DNA of 64,000 nucleotides from Psilocybe cubensis (Eukaryota): NCBI GenBank assembly GCA_017499595.2, contig CM039007.1, positions 310,001 to 374,000 of the forward strand, read 5' to 3'. Shown piece by piece: positions 53,091 to 64,000 of this stretch (position 1 is its first letter; each line of letters starts with the position of its first letter). The notes under the pieces were generated by a model. It saw only the letters and a program-made list of their open reading frames with translations, ran no database searches and was not told where the DNA came from. The position numbers and the translations under genes were made by a program.

Positions 53091-55705
53091 ATGGGCATTA
53101 TCAAGTTAACCTCTCTGTTAGGGCTATTTTCCTATGCCGTTGCAGGCCCTGTTTGGTCAAATTCCAGCCTCGATGCTCGGGCCACATCTTCAAAGTCGGT
53201 CATCATTCAAATGTTTGAATGGACTTGGGATAGCGTCGCAGCAGAATGCACCAGTTTTATTGGTCCTGCCGGCTATGGTTTCGTCCAAGGTGTGTACACT
53301 CAACTATGTGACTGGTATCACATTCTTACTATTGAATTTAGTCAGCCCTCCCCAGGAACACATTACCGGCTCTCAATGGTGGACTGATTACCAACCTGTC
53401 TCCTATATTCTAACTTCCAAGCGCGGTAACCGCTCTCAATTCCAAAAGTCAGTAATTCTTCCGACGTTTATGGGTGAACCTAATTTTGTGGCAGCATGAT
53501 TGCGACATGCCATGCTGCTGGTGTTAAAGTTATTGCAGGTAACTGTGTCATCAGGTGTATATCACCGCGGTTCTGAATGATTTGTAGATACCATTTTCAA
53601 CCATATGGCTGGAGTCGACTCCGGAACGGGGGTGGCTGGAAGCTCTTTCACCCATTACGTCTATCCTGGAATTTATCAAAATCAGGTCAAAAGCATTATA
53701 TATTCTTTAGTACGTCTACTGATGATCTAACGTTCACAGGACTTCCACCATTGCGGACTCGAGCCAGGGGACGATATTGTCAACTACGATAACCGCCTTG
53801 AAGTCCAAACATGTGAATTGGTTAACTTAGCCGAGTGTGTATATAAATACTAGCGTCTAGTTCATTTGATCTGATCTTTTCTAGTCTTGCAACAGATACG
53901 GAATACGTTCGATCGCGTCTGGCGCAATACGGGAACGATCTCTTGTCACTCGGTGTGGATGGTCTTAGGCTCGATGCTGCAAAACGTAAGTATCCACAGA
54001 ATACGAACGGGTGAATTAATTTACATTTGTCACAGATATTGCTGCCACCGATCTTGCAAACATCGTTTCCAGACTCTCTCCTGCTCCTTACATCACCCAA
54101 GAGGTTATTTGGGGAGCTGGGGAACCTATACAGCCTTCGGAATATACGGGGATTGGTGAGGCAGTTACATCTAGATAGATATGAATTTGTTTACTCACCA
54201 TTTGGTAGGAGAGGTACAAGAGTGCGTAGAATGTCTGCCAAGAAATTCATTTAAACAAAAGGCGAACACCTTTGCATTAGATTTAGGTACACAACCGCTC
54301 TCAAAAATGCTTTTTCCGGAGGAGGCATTTCGAGTTTGCAGAACCTCGACAATCAAGGTAAGCAATCCTTCGTGATATGAATGACACCTTTTCAACATAT
54401 ATCAGGTTGGGTCTCTGGATCGCAGGCAAATGTATTCGTATCGAATCACGATACTGAAAGAGTGAGTGCTAATCTATCGTGTAAGTGCCTCGTTAAGCTT
54501 TTGTAATCATGTGAATAGAACGGGGATTCGTTAAACATCAACTCTCCCTCTAATACATACATTACTGCTACTATATTTTCGCTGGCCCACCCTTACGGAA
54601 GACCCACCATCCTATCAAGCTTCTCCTTTTCAACAACAGACGATGGAGCTCCTAATGGAGGTACTACCATCTCCGAGCTTCTTCAAATTGGTCATGAACT
54701 GATGATTCGAGTCCATAGGATCGGGGACATGTAGTGCAACAGGAGGCTCTGCAGGATGGCTCTGCCAACACCGTTTCGTCGCAATAAGCGGTATGGTAGG
54801 GTTCCGCAACAATGTCGGAACAGCAGCTCTTACCAATTGGGTTTCTCCTCAATCTGAGCAAATCGCCTTTGGACGGGGTATGTATTTCCGTCTTGATTTT
54901 CCCAGGAGCCTCTTTGCTCATCGAGAATTCAGGTGCTCTTGGATTCGTAGCAATTAATAATGCAGATTCCACATGGAGCTCCACCTTCACTACGTCTTTG
55001 CCTGATGGATCTTACTGCGATGTGATTAGTGGAAAGTCATCTTCAGGACTGTGTACTGGCACTGGGTATGCATGAGAATCTTTCATTTCACCCTATGAAT
55101 TTCAATTTCTTACTATGATACCCACCTCTGTAGGATAACTGTCTCGGGTGGGGCATTCACTGCCACAGTACCCGCACGCAGTGCTATTGCCATTCACACC
55201 GGTGCACTCGGTGCAGGCTCAGTTGCGACCGTTCCGACACCATCTGGAAGTGTTGCCGTATTATTCCAGGAAACTGCAACCACAACGTTTGGACAGGTGT
55301 GCAGCATATCTATCTTTAGGGGATGAGCTAATCGGTTACTTTCGAAGAATATTTTTCTTGTTGGGAGCATTTCCCAACTTGGGTCATGGGCGCCTGCTTC
55401 GGCTGTGAGCGCATGTCATTTCAATCGTTTTACAGGTTTCTAAGGGAGTTCCTTGCTTTAAGATTGCTCTTTCTTCAGCGTCGTATCCAGTGTGGACTGT
55501 GACGGTATCTCTACCTGCAGGAACAACCTTCCAGTATAAATTTATCAGAAAGAATACTGATGGAAGTGTAAGTGATTCTAAAATATAACAAAGATTTAAA
55601 CGTTTATACGTCGACCGACCACAGATCACCTGGGAATCAGATCCAAATCGCCAAGCAACTGTTGGAAACTCGGGAACGACGACGCTAACGACATCTTGGA
55701 GATGA
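53091..55705 (+). CDS. Secreted GH13 alpha-amylase with C-terminal CBM20 starch-binding domain
   Basis: Signal peptide; [53 protein letters not shown] and [12 protein letters not shown]20 motifs [27 protein letters not shown] and WESDPNR. Ends TTSWR*. Confidence 0.95.
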
Positions 55706-55878
55706 GCTCTGTTGTCGGCTCATTGGCACGTCCAAACGGATGGCGTCATGATGGCTATATGACGCCAAATATTTATTGAATCACAGTTGAATTTAATTGT
55801 TTTCGAAACTACAGATATGAATATTGGTTTTAGTGATGTTTGCGATCCGGCTGGGTCTCCCACAAGCCAATACACTCT

Positions 55879-56802
55879 TCATCCGCGCCAGGGCCTCGGT
55901 CCGGGGACCTAAATCATCAAACAAACATTTAAAAAGCAGTTTGAAGTAACGATCAAGATGAACACGTACGGTGTATGAGGTCGGGACGGGGTTGTAGATG
56001 TTGACAGTCAATCCTGGGTCTACAGTACACATACGTCAGGTTGCAAGAAAAATGGATGAGCACCGATATCATACCGGATGCAGAGACATATCCGGGAATG
56101 GAGACCTTGGAAGGGTTGCCAGACCCACCGCCAGTGATGTTGATTTGAGCGCAGGAAATATACCATTGAGGTGCACCAGCAACATGGAGACCAATTTGCT
56201 CAATGCGCACCAGGTACTGTAAAACAAGAGACCTAAACGACTGTAAAAGTGCGTAATGAAAAATTATTCACCTCTCCAGAAGGAGTGTTCGATGGGATAG
56301 TGGTCGTAAGTTGAGCAAGGTTGAAGTCGGTGAAAGTGAATGGGTTGAAGGTGGCACCCCATTCAGCGATCTAGGAGGAAATTGAATATATGATTTTGGT
56401 CTGGATATTATATGTAGCTTACCTTGAACCAGTTAGCACCACTGCCATCCCAGCTAGCGACAGATCCAGGAGCCTTGCCGAGGTAGATAGCAGCGGGTCC
56501 TTGGTGGTAGAGAGTGTTGTCGAGTTTGAAGCCGATAGTACTGCCGGCAGAAACCGAAACAGTTTGCGACGCAGCTCCGGGAGATACATTGCATCGGACG
56601 TCGTTCGACGTAACAGAAGTGACGGGGGAGTTGTTGATGGGTTGACGAACGGCCGCGCTGGAGGTGGTGCTTCCAGCAATCAAGGTGTTCCAGATGTCTA
56701 AATAAAATGAGAAAACAAACAGAGAAATCGGTAAAAGTATTTACAGTGAGCGGACGCGCTTTGCGCCAAGATGGCAATACCGACGAGACCAGAGAGCTTC
56801 AT
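55879..56802 (-). CDS. AA9 lytic polysaccharide monooxygenase
   Basis: Signal peptide [18 protein letters not shown] then His1; [60 protein letters not shown] and VPGPRPW. Confidence 0.95.
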
Positions 56803-57903
56803 TTCCAACACTGAGAGATGGGTGACGGGTGAGAGGATGATAGCATTGCTGTCGTCCTGCCCGACATTTTATGGGATGGACCGGAAAAATATCGTTGGTT
56901 GTTCGCCGCACAACAGTCTCGTAACGTAGGCGTAAGTCCTTAGACTACTTCCACATTACCCCGCCGAGCCATACGAAGCAGCCTGGACGCTTGTGTTGAC
57001 ATAACACGGTTAAGATACGGATGAACACGATGAGGTCAGTTCCATCCCCAAATTGCCAATGTGCATGGGGAAACTTACGAATCCACCTTGCTCGGGGAAA
57101 ATGGGGCCGTGGTATCTTGCTGATAGAACCTAAGCTTCCCTGTAAATAGCCGCCGATGATCAGTAGTGATCTAAAGTAGTCTTTAGCAGTCTTTAGCTTA
57201 CACAAAGTCCTTAAACGAGCCAGAAATGTACCAAATCAAGTTTTGCTTGGCTCCGCCGAATCCATAAAAGAGACTCCACCTCCGGACAATCTCCCTTTTC
57301 GGACCTCGTTTATCGCATTATCCTCCTATTCGTTGCTCACCTCGGTATCTTTGAGGCTTGAGTACATTTACACCACATGCCTGTGGTGGCTTATACTCCA
57401 CTGGAGCATACCCAGCTAGCAACACATTCGCTAACCAAAGTAAGTGTTAGTGCACCGTCTCAGATATTCGCCTGCTGATGCTATATCCATATGTTCCCGG
57501 TACAGCCATCACGGCACTTGTAGCTGCTTCGACCCTCTTTTGGGTGTTGATATCTAATGGCCAGCCTGCATACGTGTGTCATTGCTAAATATAATGTCGT
57601 GCAGAGGTATTAAATCCTTCTTATTAGACCGGCGAAAATAACTCACCTGATCACAATGTAGCCGGATAGGTCAAGTAGAAAGAAGCCGTAGTTGAACAGT
57701 GTCATCGACTGTAGCCAAGGAATCGAGCGAAATTACGTCCAAGGTTTTCTCGAAGTTTCAACAACGTCGATGGTCAGTTTCAGGTGGAGAAGAATATCAT
57801 TCAGGAGAAGCCACAACAAACATTATCAAGGGTTTGGTTCGTATGGGTAAAAAATTAGCGGTGAAGTAATCTATTGACGTGAACAGTTACCACTATTTTT
57901 TTG

Positions 57904-59224
57904 TTAAGGATTTGCGTAACCCAAAACCTCTTCATCGCCCGTCAGGACTTCATCAGAGTCAAAATCACTACCAGCGAGATCGGAATCAGATATAGTCGAG
58001 CTGTCCCCGCGTTCACTGTCCTCCTTCATTGAATCGTCGTCGTCTTGGTTTTCTTTATCACTTTCGTCTTCAGACATATCCTCGTCCGAATGAATATACC
58101 AGCGGTCGAGGTGATTGTAAGTAACCCCACTGGTAGTGAAAAATGCTGGATCGTCTCCTTCGAGCTCGGCTTGGTCTGAGTCGTCGTCGGACAAGTCGTA
58201 ATCGTTGGCATACACAGGGGTGTCAGCGTCATCGTCTGAGGCATACCTGCAGTCCATCATATTGGGGCGGCATATATCCAATTCTCCGCGGAATTTTGGA
58301 TAGGTAATCCAAATGCCTGGCGATTCTTCTTCAGTGGCCCAGTTACCGGTATCAGGGAGAACGGAAATGTCGTCCAGCAAGCTTTCGACGAATTCCCGAC
58401 CGTCCACATCTGTTTCTTCAAGTCTTACCCGCCTTCCGAGATAGATTTGCCACACATCGTCATCGTTCATAGCAGGACCCGAGAACTGGTTGAAGATTTC
58501 AGGCGGAATGAATGCCGAAATTCCTTCATGTGGGATGAATACTAGGGAAAATAAAGTACACATCTCGGGCGTTGCCCCTCGCCGGAGTAGTTCCTTGTAT
58601 TCCCCTATGCGAGAGGCATAATCTGCAGGTATTTCGATGCCCTCTTCAATTTCCTTTAGCGGTGTGTCTCCACGAGGAGCAATGTCACGATCAGGATGCT
58701 CCAATTGGGACTCCGTCGATGCAAGAATGGAGAATTCGTCCTTTGAAAAGTTAGAACGATAGAGGAAGCACTGACTAAGTCTTACCTCAAGGACCTGGTG
58801 AGGCTTTCCACAAAAATGACAAACGCCATCAGTTACCTCCCCTCCACAAGCCGTGTTTGTGCACAGATAGACATCTTCGAATTCCAAGGACTGTATGGGC
58901 TCTGGTGGAGCATCATCGTCTGTTTGTTCATCCCCCGTGATCTCGTCCTCGTCGTCCTCGTCGTCCTCGCCGTCTTCCGAATTCTGTATGCTTTCTTCGG
59001 CGCTGTCTTCATCCTGCGAGAGATCTTCGGAGTCATTTTTGGCTAAAAGGTTGGTTATGATCGCTTTCAGTCTTTTATTTTCCTCATCTTTGCGTTTGAG
59101 TTTCTTAAAAGCCAATAAACATCAGGTTAGTCGATGGTTTCCGAAACACCGGCTAGTAGACATTGTCACTCACCGAATTGGTTAGAATCAATCTCGCTTG
59201 AAGGTCTTTGATATTGGTAGACAT
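57904..59224 (-). CDS. Acidic protein with N-terminal coiled coil and Cys4 zinc-ribbon-like motif, paralog 1
   Basis: First exon MSTNIKDLQARLILTNS; YLCTNTACGGEVTDGVCHFCGKPH; LLRRGATPEMC..WQIYLGRRVRL..DVDGREFVESLLD; Asp/Glu-rich tracts. Confidence 0.8.
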
Positions 59225-59585
59225 AAGAGACGCGTGTAGTTGTCCCAGTATCCTTGATTTGACAACAAAGGAGGGTTGTCTGAAGATATTAGTGTCGCGC
59301 CAAGCAAGCCCCAAATTTACGCGACGTCTTTGATTGGCAACACCGCTGAAAAATAATAACGCGTAGTTTCCATATCCGTCAACGCTTTCAGGGGTCGTGA
59401 AAAGTTAGATGATTCGAAAGGTTGTCGACGCTTAAATGATTGGTACAAGATGTCGCTTTCTGCTCTTCTTTGCATTCATAAATCTGACTACCACAAAGAC
59501 TAACTATGAGAATACAATAATGATGTTAACGTAGATTATGTGGAGAACATAATACAGATAAAACTTGGTGAATTCCTGTACGACT

Positions 59586-61704
59586 CTAAATCATGGTCCC
59601 ATTACCATTGCCAACTTGAGCAGGGGGGCCTCCAAACTTGATACGGAGAATTTCTTCGTCACCACTGAACATTTCATCTGAATGGAAATCACTGCCAGAG
59701 TCGGTCATGGTAGTGTGGTCATCGTGATCGTCGTCCCCAGCGAGTTCGTCGAGCTGCTGTTCACCACCGGAGTCAGATTCCAACATGTCCTCTTCCTCAT
59801 CTGAAGGGATGTACCAGCGATCCGCATGAAGGTAAGAAATGCCACCGGTTGTGGTATACATCGGTTCCTCCATTTCGACATCATCTTGCTCCGAGTCGTC
59901 GTCTGACAATTCATAATCATTTGATTGATTCGGTGGCACTATATTAGGGGAGGTCAGAGTGGACGATTCGGAGGCGATTTGCGAACGATTCAGGTCAGGA
60001 TTCAAGACCGATTCTGACGCAGAAATTTGCTTCCGAAGCGCGATTCACTCTGACCCCCCCATTTCAAAACTTCGATTCACCTTCAATTCAGTAGGCGATT
60101 CACGGATGGTCTTTGTGCCAACTGATAATAAAAGTTGTTTAAAAGTAGTTTGAGAGAAGGTTTTGTACGCACTCAATCGAGCATTTGGATAGATCCTCTC
60201 CTTCTGCCTCGTTCTCTATCTCAGAACAATCCGATTCTCCATCCGATGACTCTACAAGCACCTCAGCCTCCTTCTGTTTGGCCCGCCGTGTAGATTTTGC
60301 TTTTTTGGCCTGTGTTTTGGTAGGTTTCTTGGGTAACGTGGTCTTGCTGAGCGATTTTGACGATGCTGAACGAGTTGTACGGCTCGAATTTTTGGCGGCC
60401 ATAGTGAGAGCCTCACAGAAAGAGTCTGTGTATCACACCAGCCCTCACGATGATGGAGAAAAATCTTGATCATGTCAAGATCAAATATACAATTAGGTAA
60501 ATTGAAAATAATTAATAAATTAAATACTGCTCGATTCTGCTGAGTAGAATCAAGCTGTTGAATCGTCTCTGAATCGTCGAAGCGGCGGAGCCGCTTCGAC
60601 GATTCAGAGACGATTCAGCGATTCGGCGATTCACGTTCTGAGGCGATTCAGCGTCTTCCCACGCTTTTGATGACCAGAATCGTCTCTGAATCGTGTCGCT
60701 GAATCGCCTCCGAATCGTCCACTCTGACCTCCCCTATTTTCGGCTGCGATGTCGACCGAGTCCAAAATATCCCTCGGTTGAGATTCAACCTGCCCGCTAT
60801 GTTTGGGGTATGTCACCCAAACGCCAGTTTCTTCTTCTTCCGTGACCCAGTTTCCGATGCCAGGGAGAACAGATATCTCATCCAGTATACTTTCAATAAA
60901 TTCATAGCCGTCAATGTCATCTTTGGCGAGAGTCAATCGTCGTCCCAAATAGATTTTCCAGTCGCATTCGACCATTGAAAGACCAGCGAATTCTTCAAAG
61001 AGGTCTTCAGTGACCCTTGCGACGATTCCATTGGTGTAGGTAAATTCAAGTTTAAAAAGTTCGCACATTTCTGGGGTCGCGCCCCGGCGGAGAAGTGAGC
61101 GGTATTCCCGTGCGCGCGATTCGTACAAGGCAGGAAGTGGAGAATCGTCCTTTGGAATGGATTGCAAGGGCGTATTTCCTCTGGGGGCCATGCAGCGGTC
61201 TGGATGTTCTAGTTGAGACTCTGTTGACGCCATATTCTCATCCTGAGGAGTTTAGGGAACTTAGTTGCAGCGAGAACTTGCATCGAAGATTTACCTCCAT
61301 GATTTGATGCTTTTTGCGACATAGAAAGCAGTAACCGTCAGTGACTTCCCCGCCACAGGCCTGGTCAGAGCAAAGGTAAATATCTTTGCATTCGTAAGAT
61401 TGCGTAGGTATGGGGAGATCTTCTCCATCATCGTCGTCGGAGTCATCGCCTTCATCATCACTCTCCTCATCGTCACCTTTGTCGTCCGAGTCCTCAGTAT
61501 CCAGATCGTCTTCAGTGGAGTCTTGGTCGGATTCAGACCCGTTGGAAACAATTTTTAAAGCTTTCTTGAGGCTTTTAATTTCAATCTTTTTTCTTTGCAG
61601 TTTCTGGGCCATGTTTTGTTGGCATTTGATTCGAACAAATGGGTGGTACGCACCAATTTCATATTACTTATTTGAGCTTCCGCGTCTTCTAAAGAGGTGG
61701 CCAT
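59586..61704 (-). pseudogene. Paralog 2 of the acidic zinc-ribbon protein, interrupted by a TIR element
   Basis: Same motifs and intron positions as paralog 1 (YLCSDQACGGEVTDGYCFLCRKKH; LLRRGATPEMC; WKIYLGRRLTL). The C-terminal part (NDYELSDDDS..DRWYIPSD) lies beyond the 59946-60735 insertion. Confidence 0.8.
59946..60735. mobile_element. Non-autonomous TIR DNA element (~790 bp, MITE or internally deleted transposon)
   Basis: Perfect 35-bp inverted repeat (59945-59979 TAGGGGAGGTCAGAGTGGACGATTCGGAGGCGATT versus 60702-60736). Flanks read as an ATT (3-bp) or TA duplication. Many subterminal CGATTC/GAATCG motifs. Confidence 0.88.
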
Positions 61705-62122
61705 AGTCCGCGGGAAGGCTAAGGTGGTGTTACGCGCTGTTGAAGTGATGACGGCTTATAAAATTTTGCAAATGAACGACCACTGTGCGGTTGAATAAAA
61801 TGTGCCACTGCTAGTAGTAGTCGTAAATTTGTAGAGGTAACGCCTTATAGAACTTGCAAGTGTATGAGATACAGATATAGAGTGCAGTCAGACAGAATGA
61901 ATAAATGCAACCCCTGTCGTAGAACAGGCCGAAAAGATGATATTTTTAAATTTAAGAACGATGAGAAAGGTTTTGATGCGCCTATTCTGTTTGAAATACA
62001 GCCCGTGGAAAAACAACGCGTAAACAATCGAGTGTCACGTGAATATCACTGTCAGAGTTGCCAAGAAATTACATGGCAAGGTTCCTTGCGCAATCTTCGC
62101 GGCGACACGACCAAGTTCTGCA

Positions 62123-63374
62123 ATGTTTGGTCTTTTCTCCAAAAAGTGGAACCCGGAGGGCAAAGTCAGTGGTCTCCCCCTTGTCTCGAATGGCGAGTCA
62201 TTGAATGTCCACGTAGCATGTCTATATAACAGGAGGAAGTTCGGGATTGGGATTGGGTCTTGCCCATATTCTCGCTCAAAAGGGAGCACACATTTCCATT
62301 GTCGCGAGGAGTCAGAGCAAATTGGACGAGGCCATTGAATCTATCGAGGTGAGAATGGGACCTTGTCTAGACGGTTGTTGCGCCTTACCTTGAAACTTCA
62401 GAAACTGCGAGTGAACCCCTCGCAAATCTTCAAAGCGTATTCTCATGCGCTGGACTCTGGTGATGCGGCAGCCAAAGCTCTTCAACTGGTTGCTGAGGCT
62501 CATGGCGGTGAACTGCCCGACGCCATCTTTACATGCGCTGGATCTTCAAAACCAATGTTCTTCATTGACACAACGGAGCAGGACATGGTGGATGGAATGA
62601 CGAATGCGTATTGGTTGCAGGCATGGACAGCTTGGGTATGTTACAGCGTTTTTCTACAGCGTGTTAGCTCTCATAAAAGGCAGGCCGCTACAAAACAAAT
62701 GGTCAAGGCCGGGAAGAAAGGCGCCAAAATTGTATTCGTGTCATCGCTTCTCGGGTATATGAGTTTCTTGGGGTATACCTCGTACACGCCAGGGAAACAT
62801 GCGCTAAGAGGTCAGTAGACTCGTAAACATTTTCATTCTAACCTCGCTAATGCAATCACACACCTCAGGCCTTGCTGACACTCTCCACTCGGAACTCAAA
62901 CTCTACGGCATCGACGTCCACATTTACTTCCCTGGTACAATGTTTACACCCGGCTATGAGGAGGAGAACAAGACAAAACCAGCCATTACACAGGCTATAG
63001 AAGGTACGGACGGATTGACCTCGGACCAGGCAGCGCAGGCGTTATATAAAGGTATGCCGTTCCGCTGGACGATTGGCCTTGTAGACTGACGGATCTTAGG
63101 CGTCGTGAACGGAAATTACCATATCTCTGGCGACTTAATTACTGACCTATTCCACGCATCAACGCGTGGGTCTGCTCCGAGAAACAATTGGCTATTGGAG
63201 GGACTGTATGATTTGGTCGCTTATGTGGGTCAATCATGTTTCACTCTGGATAGTTGTTCATTGTTCTTTTTACAGTTTGCCGTCCCAGTGTGGCGGTCTG
63301 GGGTAGAGTCACAGGTACTTGCGCACCGGGACGAACATCAGACATACCTCGCCAAGAAAGGATTCTTCTCGTAA
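62123..63374 (+). CDS. TSC10: 3-ketodihydrosphingosine reductase (SDR family)
   Basis: [72 protein letters not shown] and [12 protein letters not shown]. Confidence 0.85.
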
Positions 63375-64000
63375 AAGCTCTGCGCACAGTTTCAACACCT
63401 ACAGATGCTACACCATTCTATTAACATCTATACCATTGTATTTATTCTGCTATGTTGTCTAACCTCCGTTACTCGAGGCCTATAATCTATAGTTTTGAAG
63501 TGCTGACCAGTGACGACCTCAGCGAGACTTTAGGTCATCAAGCTGAACAAATTTGTCGCAGGCTCGGCAAATAAGGACCTCGAACACTGCTATTTCCTAT
63601 ACAGCGATGGCATATAGTTTACTGGGAGAAATTTGTGCGTACCGTGCGGCGTACGAATGAGCTCGACAAGAATCATTTCGTTTGTATTTGGCAGCGGTGG
63701 TTTGGGAATGTTGCTGTGTCGGCAAAGGTTGCAATTTGGCTGATAGATAACCAGCAGATAACAAATTCACAAATCCTGCATCTTCCACTGCGTTTCATAG
63801 ACTCAAAAATTAATGCAGCAAATGCAGAGATGTAAACAAAATGCGTTGGGATGCTGGATGGGTTGGCCAATTTTTTTCCGAAGTATACATCTCACCACAA
63901 AGTTTACATTTCTCCCTGAATTCAGATTCTTGGATTTCAGGAAGTTCAGATTATGCTTTTGAGTACACTCTTTCTGTTGAAGGACTGGTCAAAATCAACG

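Noticed and set aside
57376..57612. Small intron-containing ORF and a CVIA stretch resembling a pheromone end
   Set aside because: CVIA is followed by Lys, not a stop. The spliced options give only a 26-aa peptide or a frame with no start, and no family is recognised.
60540..60730. CRISPR-like repeated GAATCG/CGATTC motifs
   Set aside because: Eukaryotic context with no regular repeat-spacer period; explained as subterminal repeats of the TIR element.

Overview
Intron-rich eukaryotic DNA (GT-AG introns of about 45-65 nt) with gene families typical of a mushroom-forming basidiomycete (Agaricomycetes, probably Agaricales). About 24 protein-coding loci can be assembled by eye. In order: OPT oligopeptide transporter, TLDc/Oxr1-like protein, a secreted repeat protein, ACR3 arsenite exporter, a repeat-rich hypothetical protein, Misato/DML1, a Gti1/Pac2 (WOPR) regulator, a TKL kinase, a decayed cytochrome P450, a DUF6535-type protein, a MYND zinc-finger protein, a large disordered coiled-coil protein and a duplicated-repeat membrane protein. 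Then come five paralogous helical-bundle genes (41.5-50.6 kb), PEBP, a GH13 alpha-amylase with CBM20, an AA9 LPMO, two paralogous acidic zinc-ribbon genes and TSC10. A 100-N assembly gap lies at 29363-29462. Three things stand out. (1) The five-gene array shares intron positions; three members end in Cys-rich CaaX prenylation motifs and two do not, and the helix pattern recalls ClyA/Hbl/Nhe-type pore-forming bundles (hypothesis). (2) The TKL kinase carries an N-terminal MLKL-like helical domain and a C-terminal domain with a gasdermin-like motif pattern (hypothesis). (3) A ~790-bp TIR element interrupts one zinc-ribbon gene, and its precise removal restores the reading frame. Exon boundaries were inferred manually; family assignments come from motif recognition, not database searches.
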